Positions 26,244 through 38,711 of a DNA stretch of 60,286 nt are shown here, piece by piece. Origin of the DNA: Tricharina praecox (Eukaryota). The translations under genes were made by a program, and so were the position numbers. The notes beneath the pieces were generated by a model. The model was not told where the DNA came from. It saw only the letters and a program-made list of their open reading frames with translations, and ran no database searches. The stretch's first letter is position 1, and every line of letters begins with the position of its first letter. The stretch covers positions 1 to 60,286 of the forward strand of contig NW_026250459.1 of NCBI RefSeq assembly GCF_024521635.1, in the 5' to 3' direction.

Positions 26244-26989
26244 TGTTAGGGGGATATAATTGTAAATGGATACGGACGATTCTTGGGTGCCAACTTAGGT
26301 TACGGTAGTGTATTGAGTATGGTACATATTACCTATTTGCATTGGGAAATGGACTTGCTACACTATGTTCTACGAAAGATGCCCCCATTGTCTCGAAGGT
26401 CTTATATGTATATCATACTTCTTTGTCATATGTACGTCCTCTCTAGATCAGAGCTCTGGACGCATAGGGTCCAACTTCATTATGTGTACCAGTGCGAGTG
26501 ACTCAAGGTGAAACGACCTCGCATTGACGAGTGGTTCGTTGTGATTCTCCGGTAAAAGCACCCCTGTCGGATCGAACGGGTTGTTTGGAACTTTGGGTCG
26601 CACATATATTCTCTATATCGACGTGAGAGCTTGATATAGCCTGTGATAAGCGACGAACAGAGAATGTTAACTCTCGTCCTACGTGACTACTACCTACTCT
26701 TTATCGTGCTATCCGGCGGGCTCCTTCCGCCGTAAACGCGCGCGAAGCTGGCGGGAGTGTCCGGTCAATTTTGGGACGGGTTTTGGGTTTCGAGGATAGT
26801 TGCTTCTTGCTTGCACTATAAACAACCGCGAAGGACTTTACGAGTGACTAGTTGCACGATTCCTGTGGCGCGATAAGCATGGCTAGTCTTAGGTGTGGAG
26901 CCTTGGAGGAGCAATCATGCAGTGTAACCAGCTGTGCTGCTCCCTGTATTCCTTGAATTCCCCAGCCTCCCAGCGCGCTGCGGGGACAG

Positions 26990-27007
26990 TATAAGTTGGC
27001 ATAATCC
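26990..27007 (+). promoter_or_regulatory. TATA-box element conserved upstream of all three HEPN-like paralogs
   Basis: TATAAGTTGGCATAATCC here; TATAATTTGGGGTAATCC at 29714 (+); TATAAGTTGTAGCAATCC at 46479 (-); each ~50-60 nt before the ATG. Confidence 0.6.
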
Positions 27008-27037
27008 TCGCAACTTTCTTTCTCGAATCCTCATACG

Positions 27038-28405
27038 ATGGAGGAAGAAGAACTTACGACACTGCAAATAGACAGATACACCCGCTCCCTCGCCGCATGT
27101 CTCGCCCCCGGCCCACTCAACGGCCAGTTCGTGGGCAAAGTTACGCTACCGACGAAGCTCGAGGCGATACTCCCAGAGCGGGTTAAGCCGCCGCATAGAC
27201 TGTGTCCCTCCATCCCCGTGGAGTCAATCGTTCAACATCTAAAGGATTTGCTGAGCGACGGTCTGGGAGCGGAATTGCATTCGGGCTGCAATGGCGACCT
27301 GGCACATATCATCTTGCCAGTTCACCTACCGGTGGCGAAGTATAACGAGCAGCAGTGGAGAGGAGCCCTAGCTGGGGAGGTGACAGAGGAGGAGTGTAAG
27401 GCTGCCGCTTTGTTATTTCCGGCTATTCCACCCTTCGCTCCTATGTTTCTAGGAGGCACTCGTTTCACGGAATTCACGCCGACACCCATATCGGTGAAAT
27501 CGGCCGACCTGTTTACGGCTACGTCTGAGAATAGACTCGAGGGTAGCTTCGCACTCGGGGAAACAGAGACATATACCCGAGAATCACTGCCACCTAAATC
27601 GCCATCTACAGTATCTCAAGCCTCCTTACCGTCCTTTGAGTCGCTCGCTCTAAAAGCCCCAACCTCACCTCACCTCCCAAAGAATAAACCACTCCCATAC
27701 CGAATCCAACACACGTTCCTCCCATCACTCCAAACCCTCCTCGAGGAAGCTTGTCACAGCTACATCAATGTTCACAATCAGCAGCTTCTCACGAAACACG
27801 GCTGGACAGACCCGCAGGCCGCAGAATTGCATGTGTATGTTCGGGAGATCATTGCTATCTGGCCCGGGGGTCCAAGTGCACTCCCGATGCTCAAAGCACT
27901 CCCGCAGCTGCGACATGAGGCTGTTCACCGGGTTCCAGTCTCATTCGCCAGGATGAATGTGTTTTTTAATTTGGCGCTACTGTGTACGGATGCCCTCGGG
28001 ACCGACAAGGTTGGAAAGAGGATTCTCCGACTACGGAAACGTTTCGATCGTTGGCACGATAAGCAGTCGCTTCAGGAGGATCTGGCTGAAATGATGGAGG
28101 AAAGGATGAGACACCTTGAGCTGGTGCAGAGGAAAGTCGCAAAAGAGATATCGCAGTGGGAGGCTTTCGCATTGCAACGCACGGCTTGCCCGCAGCAACC
28201 GGAGCGTGTCGAGTTGGCTCGGCTGATGGCAGCTGTTGAACCCATATTATTCCCCCAGGCGGATGATTATGGGCGGGACGAGGAGGAGAAGGAAGAGGAA
28301 GAAGAAGGGGAGGAGGATTCCGGCTATGCCCAGCTGCATCATGGTTTCCCGCAGTGGAAATTCAGAGATGATACATATGTCGGGGAATGCGAGACCGATC
28401 GGTAG
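27038..28405 (+). CDS. Hypothetical protein with HEPN-like RxxxxH motif (paralog A, intact)
   Basis: 455-aa intronless ORF; LEEAC...GWTDPQAAELHVY...LRHEAVHR followed by a coiled-coil-like region and acidic tail; two further paralogs in the window. Confidence 0.8.
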   Translation: MEEEELTTLQIDRYTRSLAACLAPGPLNGQFVGKVTLPTKLEAILPERVKPPHRLCPSIPVESIVQHLKDLLSDGLGAELHSGCNGDLAHIILPVHLPVAKYNEQQWRGALAGEVTEEECKAAALLFPAIPPFAPMFLGGTRFTEFTPTPISVKSADLFTATSENRLEGSFALGETETYTRESLPPKSPSTVSQASLPSFESLALKAPTSPHLPKNKPLPYRIQHTFLPSLQTLLEEACHSYINVHNQQLLTKHGWTDPQAAELHVYVREIIAIWPGGPSALPMLKALPQLRHEAVHRVPVSFARMNVFFNLALLCTDALGTDKVGKRILRLRKRFDRWHDKQSLQEDLAEMMEERMRHLELVQRKVAKEISQWEAFALQRTACPQQPERVELARLMAAVEPILFPQADDYGRDEEEKEEEEEGEEDSGYAQLHHGFPQWKFRDDTYVGECETDR

Positions 28406-29044
28406 ATTGGCTGTTGTACGATGTTGATAGTGGCGGGGAGAAAAGAGAAACGTGTAGGTACTTGGTGTTGAGGGCACTCTGACATCTCTCTTCTCAATTA
28501 CATCTGTGATATGGCTAGAGATACGTAATCATCTATTGTATTGTACAATACATCGATGGGCCAGGTGGTTGGGATCCCAGTCCATGTTGACCTGAGCTAT
28601 CGCGAAAGCATTTCAGACGCTGAGCTGGCGTCGTGGTGTACGGCAACCCACTTCCGGTGGAGCTTTGCCGGATCTAGTCTAATTTTAGGATGTGTTTCGA
28701 AACTGAGCCAGACTCCAGGGACCAGCACATGAAGTTACCGGCGGTAAAAACTGAAAAGAGACCCAGGGTACAAGGAATTCGGCAAGCCGCATTTAAGTAA
28801 ACGCGAGGTTTCATATAAACTGGCTATTAGCACAAAGTGCGGCTCATTTGCACTGATAATTCAGGCTTCAGCATATAAATCGGCCTTTCTTCCTCACAGC
28901 GTACGGGTTACAATGTTAGGCAGCCCGGCAAGTAGGCGTTTGGTAGCAATTGGACTCTCGCCTCCACAACCGGCAGCGAAAGGGTGTCACGTGATACTAC
29001 CGAGTGATATCTACATATTTAGCACCTACTACCTAGCCTACTAG

Positions 29045-29497
29045 CACGCGAGCACCTGTTAAGTACTGAAGCAATTGGAAAAAACAGCAGAAAGAACTGT
29101 GGGGAGGTGGAAAAGATCAGCCGCAGAGGGCGGGACCACTGGCGAATAGCGAACCTCTTTGCCGATGAGCGGATGGCTGGAGCAATCCTCAAGTTCCTCC
29201 GAGACACGGAGATCTGTAGAAGGATACCAGAAGGAAGGGAGCAGGGCCCACCGCCGAGCGTGACGTCGGGGGTGGACTACGGGGGCGAGGGGTAGGATTT
29301 GAGGAGGAGAAGCGTAGCGGGCGCCGGAGGTGTGAGATTGGTTCGCTTTCTTTTGTGTTTTTCATTGGCTCGTGTACTCCTCTCTCGCGGGTAGGCGAGA
29401 GACGCCGATTAGTTAGTCTCACGGCACTGGCTCTCTTTGGTGTGGACGTCGTGATATACTTAGGTCTATAGATACGTCAATAAAATGATTCCCCCAC
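29045..29497 (+). mobile_element. 5'-truncated non-LTR retrotransposon (LINE) 3' end with target-site duplication
   Basis: Frameshifted ORF2-like C-terminus REHL..WKKQQKELW..EVEK..WRIANLFADERMAGAILKFLRDTEICRR; 3' UTR ending in AATAAA; flanked by CCTAGCCTACTAG (29032-29044) and CCTAGTCTACTGG (29498-29510). Confidence 0.75.
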
Positions 29498-29764
29498 CCT
29501 AGTCTACTGGTTAGTGGACGAGAGTTGCATGTGACAATAAGCTACGTGAATCGTGGAATCGTGGAGCCTTTTTGAGTGGATGCATTTGTCAATCCACGGC
29601 CAGCCTCGAGGCGCGGCATGCGTTGCCCACAGGTGAGACAAAAACCGAGACGGTGTAACTGTGGTGCGCAGCCCCGCATTCCTTCCGGCCAGCCATCGCA
29701 CGTTCGGTGACGATATAATTTGGGGTAATCCTGACGCCTTCCGCATGAATTCCCCATACATACT

Positions 29765-30629
29765 ATGGAGAACGAAGACCCTTCGAGACAACAACAGGTA
29801 GATAACTACATCCGCTCCCTCGCCGCATGCCTTGCCTCCGGTCCTCCCGACGGTCGGTTCGTGGGTAGTGCGCAGCTGCTCGCGAAGTTCGAGGCGATAC
29901 TCCCTGCGGCCGGGTCGATCTGGCTGTGGGGGGGTAATGGATTCATTTACAAGAGGGCTATCCTTAACCAACTCATCGAGTTTTTCGGGGAGTGGCCTCA
30001 AAAAGGGTTTGCACGACACTTGCGGCAATATATTACCAAGCGCGGCGGATATGATCCTACTGCAGCACCTACCTGTGGTCAAGTACAACGAGCGGCAGTG
30101 GCGACGCGCAGATGGTGACGAGGTGACGGAGAAAGAGGCGACGGAGAAGGAATGCAAGGCTGCGGCGGCATTGGAGGAGTTCTTCCTGCTGGCGCAGTCT
30201 TGCGCGTACGAGTTCGAGAACAGCAATGTGCACGAGAGGATAGGTCGGCTACGGCAACGTTCCCACGACTGGTCGAAAGAGTATTGGCTCCGGTAAGATC
30301 TGGCAGAAATGATGGAGGAAAGGTTGAAACACCTTGAACTGGTGGAGAGGGAAATCGCAAAAGAGAGATCGCAATGGAGTGCTTTCTCATTAAAGCACGC
30401 GGCTTGTCCAGAGCAACCGGACAGCAATGAGTTGGCTGGTTTGAGGGTAGTTGTTGAATCTGCATTATACCCTAGTGACAGAGGGAGGGAGGAGGACCCA
30501 CAGGAGGAGGAGGAGGAGAAGGAGGGGAGGGGAGGGGTTGTGATTATATCCGATTACATCTTGGTTTCCCACGCTGGGAAATCTAGGAGGATCCCAGGGT
30601 TAATTAGTATCATAGGTTGGATGTCTTAA
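29765..30629 (+). pseudogene. HEPN-like paralog B, pseudogene with frameshift, internal deletion and stop codon
   Basis: VDNYIRSLAACLASGPPDGRFVG and HLPVVKYNERQWR match paralog A; KAAAA joins directly to LEEFFLLA, so the Pro linker and RxxxxH region are missing; TAA at 30294-30296 precedes DLAEMMEERLKHLELV. Confidence 0.85.
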
Positions 30630-31984
30630 TATGTTGGTAGCCTTCAGGGAAGCAAACGAGAACTACATGTATCATACGAGTACTTTGTTGAGCACTACGG
30701 CACCTATCTTCTGTTGTGTTTTTGATGAGATTAGCTTGGAATATCAAATACATCTTGAGTTTATCTCGGACCAAATCATCCCTCGTGCTTTCGATGGGCT
30801 TGCCTAATCCGCTTCGTTGGCCAAACGATTGAACCCGTCGGAATATACGAAGCTCATGTCACATGACGAGGTCTGAATTTCGATACAGACAGGTTTTGAG
30901 CAGGATAGCTTCGAGCGCACTGAATACAGGCACCCTGGTCCAGGTCGAGGTATGCGATAGATTCTTTCCGCCGCAGTCGCGCGAGCTGAAGTATCGAGTC
31001 GCCCGATTTTGATAATTCGATTTGGACGTTTAGAATCATCTCCATCCCCGGGGATTCGCTGAGAGGTGTTACATGAACCCACCAGTACAGATGTTCATCC
31101 TCCGCCCACCCCAGAACTGGCAAGGTTGTCCGGGGAGATAGCGAAGCAACGAGTTATGCATCATGTCCCCGACGCCGCAGCGCCGAAGCGGCCATCACGG
31201 TTCTCCCCGGCGGTATTGACACATGGTCAACTCCAATAGAGTCCACCCTGTCTATTTATATCAATTCCGCATCACTACGATTTCACGTCTCACCAAGTAG
31301 AGGTGTAGATATTCTAAACGGGATCCAGCACTGCGCCTGTTGGCATAGAATTGTTCAACTCCTCCTCCCACTCCTGGTAACAACGAATGTGATGGGCTGC
31401 TACAAGTCGCCATCAGGATAGAGAAAGGTGCGTGAAACAATTGTGGAGAACTTTCGTGCGAATCGAGCTTCCTGATCCGTGGCCGGTCACTCGGATGCGG
31501 CAAGCATGCACACACGGTTCAATCTCCATCCCCGCGTTCATTCCATGTGAATGAAGCGGCAAAAGTATAACTCGGCGTATTCCTCATGTCCGATATCTTC
31601 AGATTATCGTAGCTTTCTTTTCATCCGGAATGAGAGAGGTCCTAGTTCGTCCCTGAAGTCGCTTTTGAAAGGGCTCTTTTCCAATGCCTCTCCAGGCTTG
31701 ACGAGAAAAGAGCGCACACAGGGGAGAGAGATGAGATGGGAGGTTGACCGTCTATTCGATAGATGATGATTGAGAAAGAAGAATAAGAAGAGGAAGACCC
31801 CGCCATACCCGCCAACGTTAATTCCCACCGCTACTAACTACATTCGTTTCCTCCCGCCGACAGCTCTCCCATCACTTTCTCCTCTCGCTAACAGCTCCTC
31901 CTTCACTTCCGCCTCTCGCCGACAGCTCCTCCATGCCCAACGGCCCCGCCATCCGCGACGGCCCCTCCATCTCCGACAGCTCCT

Positions 31985-32376
31985 CCAACTCTCTGTCGCA
32001 ACGCCGGATCTCATGTTGTTCGTGCATAACATTCTCGATTGGCGAACGAGCTGCGTGAATATCGGGGGCCTCTGCTACTTCGGGAAATAACAGTACATCG
32101 TTTTGGTGAGCGGGCTCTCCCAAGGCCCGGGATTCGGTACTTCTTGTGGAAGATTTTGGAGGGCGTCCGGTATGAGGCTTATTTTTCAGAGCGTCGAGTC
32201 TTGCATCGAAGCTTTCGCCTTAAGCTCGTTACTCTGCTCTGTGCAAGATCTGTCGAGCAGTATTGCGTTTCACACCAGTCTTCTTCGCGATATCGTTCCA
32301 AGAAAAGTCGGCTTCATGGAGCCCAAGTATTGCTGCTCTTTTCGATAGGAATGTTTCGTCCACGTTTTTCTGACAT
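31985..32376 (-). mobile_element. Degenerate Tc1/mariner-like transposase N-terminal (HTH) fragment
   Basis: Conceptual translation with one frameshift: MSEKRGRNIPIE/KRAAILGLHEADFSWNDIAKKTGVKRNTARQILHRAE*RA*...KNKPHTGRPPK, then FPEVAEAPDIHAARSPIENVMHE; GRP linker after HTH. Confidence 0.6.
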
Positions 32377-33156
32377 TGTGGGTTGCTGATGAACGAGTTT
32401 TCTAAGTGTCGTCACATATATATAGGGCTCCCAATGACGTCCTGACATAAGGCTCCGTCCCTCGTGACGCCAAGATTCTCTCTCTCTCTCTTAGCATTCG
32501 CGATGACGAAGCGGGGTGCCGTGACATCCCCATGACATTCCGGCCGTGTAAGTACTCTAGACCGAGCGAGCCTAATGCTTTCTAGCCTGTCCGAACCCAA
32601 GAATTGGATGGGCTGGGTCGTGAAGAGCGCCAGATAATTACTTACATACTCATATTCATGTTGGCAGAGGTAGGTGAAAAACGAAACCGATGTTGAGAAA
32701 GTTCCATCATTCGACCTACAGATAACTAATCCGCTATGAACCCAGAAATATCTTGAAGATCATGAAGCCTCTCACTCGTCTCGACCGCACGATTTCTGGG
32801 TAATTCAAAAATTACGAGTAAATATGTGTATAAACTAAGAAGCCCCGGTGCTCCGCCAACGAAATATCAGGGCCCTAAATCCTTTGTACACTCTCCCACC
32901 TCCAACCTGGGCTTGGCCCTTGGGGTTTCTTTCCCTTCGAGATAGTCGGACACCACCCATCGCCTCCACTAATCTCCCCACTGCCCTGCTGCTGAGTAAT
33001 CTTTCAGCTTGCCAATAGTAACAGAGAGGAAGGGGCCAAGTATCATTCTTTTCCCCGCTGCCGCTGCTGCTCTATCCTGTCTAGAATTTGTTTCCTATCA
33101 TAATTACTACTAGTTTCCCCAAATTTTTGGAATCAAGTCAAATACGAGGGAGGTAC

Positions 33157-34401
33157 TCACGAAAAAGAGGGACCAAAAATCAGATAGCCTCCTTCCAACA
33201 GCACGGGTAGCCACAAGAAAACCGCCACGATCTGCCCAAAAGTCCACACATCCTCGGCATAGGCCTCTCTGCCCGCCATCTGTTTGATCCCAACTTTCAT
33301 TGTTGTTATGATCGCTAACCCGACAGCTCCCCAAACCAGGCTGATCACGATATGAAGCTTCTTGGTTGCATTGTTCCATCTCCACTGAGCGGGCTTTATC
33401 ACCTCAGCGGCTGTTTCCGACGGCCCGTTCTCGACGGGCGGGGTGTCGGGCGGATTGGATTTCTTTACTCTCCCGAACCAGAAGCGTAACCCCACCACCA
33501 AGGAAGCCAATGTGTACGAGTAGGGAAACACCCCCACGACGTAGAAGAAGTGCCTGCTTTTGAACAGGGGCGACTCGCACGTGTGGTCCGGGTATCTCTC
33601 CCCGCTGCTGGCCGCGAGTATTCCCGCCGCAGAAGCCACTGTACACGCGAGAATGGTGCAGATCACCGCCAGTGCGTGCCGGAAGTTCTCACGCGTCTCG
33701 CCACCTATAGCCGCTCCGGGCGGTGCGTGCTTCCACATGCTGCAGGCGATGGGGAGCGTTGGGATCGCAGCGATGATGGGAATTAGCGCTATGAAGGAGA
33801 CCTCGTAGAGGGTTTTGGCCGTCACGAGGAAAACCATCGATGCAACCGACACCGGGAGGGAGAAGGCGATGCACGTGTCAAAGAATATGGTGCGCACCGT
33901 CCGATACTTTGATATGTTTGACGTTTCGATCATATGCAAGATTGCGAAAGTCGTAAATAGAATTGTCTCCAGAAAATACGCAACAATCATCTACGAATAA
34001 ATTCATCACCGTCAGTAAGCAGAAACGCCAGTGTAGTTCCGCGGAAACACGAAACATACCCCGATGCCGCCGGTATCCGATTGTCCGGCGAATTTGGCAT
34101 ACGCAGTATTGCATATGTTTCTCCAGCACGTCCTCTTCGCCCGCTCCATGGTCGCCCCATTCATGGCCGGCGTGAAATCCCCCGCAGGTTGGAAGAGGTA
34201 GTTGTCGATGTAATCCTGGAGCTCCGCGGTGGTAACATTATCGCGGTACTGGTCGGGGAGGGCGAGACGTATGAACTCCGGTTGTGGCTTGCCGACGTCG
34301 GAGTCAGCCGCGGTGTCCGGAGATCCGAATAGAAGACCGACGCCAGTACAATTAGCTGTAAAGTTCAGACTTGATACCGGGACGCCTGCGAGGACTGACA
34401 T
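33157..34401 (-). CDS. Uncharacterised ~7-TM membrane protein with Cys-containing N-terminal domain; exons 34401-34060, 33990-33157 (possible extra exon ending 33043)
   Basis: Phase-0 intron GTATGT..CTGAC..TAG joins SDTGGIG to MIVAYFLE; seven hydrophobic segments; last one carries WTFGQI. Confidence 0.8.
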
Positions 34402-35941
34402 TTTTCCTCTTGTCCTTGGTTAGAGGTTGCAAAGTAGGGAATCCACCTACCTACTTCGCGGGGCGGATTCCTACGGATTGTATAATAACCACAGTAGTAG
34501 CCGGCCCGCTTCCAATCCTCAGCAGCTGATGCTCCATAGGCATACTGGCCAATAAAAAACCAAAAAAAATAGTCAATTCGATCGGTTGGCTGAGATACGG
34601 CCATGTGTTGGTACGACGCAACGCCTGCATGAATGATTGCATGAATTGAACGAAAATCTAGATTCCACGATTAGAGTTGTGCAATGTGCATACTCCATAT
34701 ACTCGATCGATGGCAGTATCACCGCTCTGCGTCTCGCGTGTTGTAGATTACTACATAGTTATTATGGGCTGCATACCCATCTGTAATAGTGGGAACTTGA
34801 AGAGTATGTACCAATGCCGGAATACTCTGAGTCCGAAACCCTTCTTTCCTCTTCACGATGTTTTGTCAAGTTCTAACAATGTCTCAGTTGCTGGTCTCAG
34901 TTGCTGGCGTGGCTGTATGCATGCGCATGTCGGTCAGCCCGACTGTCAGGTTTTGTAGGTGCTCGTGCTGTGGTCAGTTTGTAGGCTGATATGTACCCCA
35001 AGCCGACACCCTTCCCCTCCAGCTGCAGAGTAGAGGGGTGTACCAATCCTCACAAGATCATCATTTCTAGCTCTTGAGAACGCCTGCTTCAACTGCTCCT
35101 CTTCCAATGGCGAAGTTTCATATGCGTCCTGCCAGTGATTGGTAAGGGAGCCCACAGAAGCTTTAGGATAGATAAACGGCGGTACTGTTGGTTGTCCTGC
35201 TTCTCGTTGGACAAGAGAACCCCTCTAGTTATACTCAGTACATGCTCACTCAATGCAGGGCACGATATGTAGTACTCTTAGGCGAGCCTTCGGCTCCCGA
35301 GCGCGCACGTTCAGCCGTCAGGGACTAGGTACATATTGTCGGCAAACGTGTACGTCATTATAGCCTTCCGGACGTCTAGCAATTCTGACAGAATCCGCTG
35401 AGGCAAATCCGCCGCCGTGCTCCGAAGCTTGTTCCAATCCCCATGGCCGGCTGCCGTTGGTTAGGAGAGGATTTTCCAATATTTGTGCCTTGAGGCCTGG
35501 GGTTTCAGAATTCCCGGTTAACACGTGGTAGGTATCGTTTGTAATCGCCGCTGCCTGCCTGGAACGAGTGGGGGTAGAGACTGCAGCCGCAGTGAGATGT
35601 CCATATATATTTCAATTCGTGACGCTTACGACGGTTCAGTGCTTATCGCGCGCTGCAGAGTTCACCAACTGTAGGTGAATATCCATCGACCATAGATAGG
35701 TTTGGGGGTGAAGGCATAAGTCGCTTGAATACTAAGGTTCAATATTCTAGAAAGGTATCATACATATCCGGGAAAGAAAATTGAAATCTATCGGGGTATC
35801 ATTGTCGTCGTGATCCAAAGAAAATAAAAGACAAAGCAAGGCCGCCTACAAACACAGCGCTAAATGCCAAACGCAAGCCTCCAATCCGTCCCCCTCGCGA
35901 ATACGTAAAATAGATACCACATCCACCAACCAATCGTCCCT

Positions 35942-37770
35942 TCACCCGGACAGTTTGATACAGTATCCAAAATCCCTCAGCATACGTCCGACCTCGACGA
36001 AGCCCCCAATCGCAAATGCAAACCCACCTACCACCACAAAGCCCATGACGATAGTCTCTAACCACGCCCACCAGGCTAGCTTCCTCCGGGCCTTAGTCGT
36101 CTGTCCCACCAGATTCAACGCGCCGATGACCTGGCCTACGACCAACCACCCCGCCATGAACAGCTTCTGTCTATTGTTGCTGCGGCCCGGCCGGAACTTC
36201 GATATCCCCCCGACGACAGCATATGGCAAGACCAGCGAAAACACCATTATCACTGCCACAGCCCACTGCCGGAACTTCTTGCTGCGTCTGTGCGATGAGC
36301 GTGAGAACACATAGCTCTGGCCCACCGGTTGCACGAGGATTTTTGCACGCGGGTCTTCCTGTGTATTGTAGGATCCATCGAGCGGCGGAATGAAGACGCT
36401 CCACGCCTTACGTCCGGGCACTGAGCGGCCATCGTCGTCAACCTCAATCGCCTTCCATCCGCCGCGCTTGCCGCGCAAGAATCGTAGGTCGACAAATTCC
36501 ACGCCCGCCGCCGTCAGCTCGATGTCATTCTCCATATCTTTGCTCGCGGGTACTAGTTCTGCGACTTCACCGACGAATTCGCCGCCTTCGCGGTGCTCGG
36601 CTTCGAGCATTACGTCGGAGCGCACAAGGAAGAGACAGTCGTATGAGGCTTCCACGAGGTTTGCAATCGTGTTAAGAATGGACATTACGGTGTAGGGGAC
36701 CACAGTGAAGCCGAAGGCGGCATAGCCATAGCGGGTGACTTGGTCGCCATAGGCAGAGTAGAGCGCATAGAGCGAGGAAATGATCTGGACTATGCCTGTG
36801 AAGGCTTTAGTTGCGTTGTAGGAGTTGGATATTACGATGTCGGTTTTGACAGCGCGGGAGACGGCGAGTGGCATCAGTTCAGTGCCGGGCGGTAACTTTG
36901 CTAGTGTGTATTCTGGGGGGAGTGTAAAATGACCTGTAGACACCACCACCACCATTTCCGTTAGTAACTGTTTCCTAGGCTGTATTTACAGACGACAGGA
37001 AGCACGTCCTTACCCTGGATCTTGTACTTCTCAGGATCGATTTTTGTGACACCCGGAGGTCCAATGATCAGTGTAGCCGATGAAGTTGAAAAACACTCGG
37101 CCGCGAACGCATCCTCGTCTATTTCCTCCTCCTCCTCCTCCCCCGTCAACATCGCACTATGATCCGAATCCGCATCCGCGTTAGGCCGCTGGTACACATG
37201 ACTCCCCGGATCTCCGAGTAACTGCGGCCGCCCATCACTGCCTTCCTCATGTCTGCTCTGACGCTTTTCCCCCCGCCGGTGCTTCTTCTCCTTTCTGCGT
37301 CGCCGCTTAGCGCGCCGCTCCAACCTCCGCCGACCCCGCTCGTCACCCTCCACCACAACACACCCCTGTATAATCTCGCCGTGCGCGGGGCGCCACCCCT
37401 CCTCGCGCACGATTACACACAGCGCGTCGGCAAGTAACGCGCGATCCACATCGTTATGACCCAAAAACCGGCTCCCGCGTGCGATCGTGGCCGCCGCACC
37501 ACTGATCCCGATGAACGGGACGAAGAGCGAGGCGAAAACGTAGAGGTAGTCGCGGGTGCCGCGGTAGCCCGACGTCTTTTTGTACGTGACGATGCGCGCG
37601 ATGTAGTTCGTGAGGAAGAAGCTAAGGATTTGGTTCCATGGCGCTGGCCGCATGCATGCCGTGTTGGTCGCCTCGTCGAACTCGGCAATTACTTTGCGCA
37701 GCTGTAGGAGCGGTGTGGAGAGCGCTGGAGGCAGCAGCGATACTAGGAGGAGTAGGACCGTTCGTAACAT
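35942..37770 (-). CDS. Uncharacterised membrane protein with signal peptide and ~7 TM segments; exons 37770-37014, 36933-35942 (582 aa)
   Basis: MLRTVLLLLVSLLPPALS signal peptide; PAPWNQILSFFLTNY and GDQVTRYGYAAFGFTVVPY motifs; intron GTAAGG..CTAAC..CAG in frame. Confidence 0.85.
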
Positions 37771-38440
37771 CGTGAATAGGTTTGCGCCGCGGGGACATGA
37801 GGTGTGTTGGTAAGGAAACGACCTTGTCATAGAAGGGGAGACCCTGACCCTCGTGGTTGTTTTGACACTTGACCTGCGGGGATCTGGTCGTCGGAGCAAC
37901 ACACAGATGGTCTAGCCACATATGGAAGGCAACGCTTAAGCGCCGGTCATCTGCCGAGCCATTGTCTGTGAACGACAAACTGCTGGTCAGGATCACCTTC
38001 AGAGAAATACTTCCAATCTTAGATTACCACTAGAAACAATTTGTTAAATTATGCCAAGGAATCTTGGGGTAAGATAGTAATAGACTTTACCTTGAGATCG
38101 GGCTCAGAAATCCAGCAATCAGAAAGATTTTTTGATTCTGTTCACTATTACCTAGGTACCGAGTACGCACTTATACCGGTATCGACGATGTGAGTCTCAA
38201 TGCAGGAAGCGGATATGGCTTGTAAGCGATCGAATTGGAAGCCGAGGTTCGTACTGACATGCACAGCCAGGGAGCTATCTAACACCAGCATTATTAGCTA
38301 CCTAGATAGTCAAGTGGAAATATTTCTATGTATATCCGCACATCCATGCCAATGTTGTCTCAATTCGTTTGTTTGTTCGTTTCTTCATTGATCACGTGCG
38401 GCCCATCTAGAATATCGTAGTATACACACTCCCTTTCCAG

Positions 38441-38536
38441 TCCAGTGGTGTTTCTTTATAATCCCATGGTATCTCTTTCTAATCCCGTGGTATTTTTTCA
38501 GTCCCATGGTGTCTCTTTTTAGTCTCGTGACGTCTC
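38441..38536. repeat. ~20-bp tandem repeat, ~5 units (TCCCATGGTRTCTCTTT-like)
   Basis: tccagtggtgtttcttt / tcccatggtatctcttt / tcccgtggtatttttt / tcccatggtgtctcttt / tctcgtgacgtctc. Confidence 0.75.
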
Positions 38537-38539
38537 GAT

Positions 38540-38711
38540 TGTAGCGGATCATAATATCACTCCTGCGGCGAACGAGTGAAATCGTGAGGTTGAAAATTTG
38601 TAAGTTACCATCTTCCTCTTATACGACTGCGAGTTGATTGATCAAACAACGATAAGTATATGGGATAGAATATGAAAGTTCTACGTTAACCTCAATATTC
38701 GTATCGCTACA
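38540..38711. mobile_element. Candidate solo LTR (172 bp)
   Basis: Begins TGTAGCG and ends CGCTACA (7-bp TG...CA terminal inverted repeat); internal TATAAGAG on the - strand; flanks TCGAT/ACGTT only partly match. Confidence 0.45.

Noticed and set aside
34946..35155. GTPLYSAAG ankyrin-like fragment
   Set aside because: Single short motif without ATG or neighbouring repeats; could be chance or an unresolvable relic
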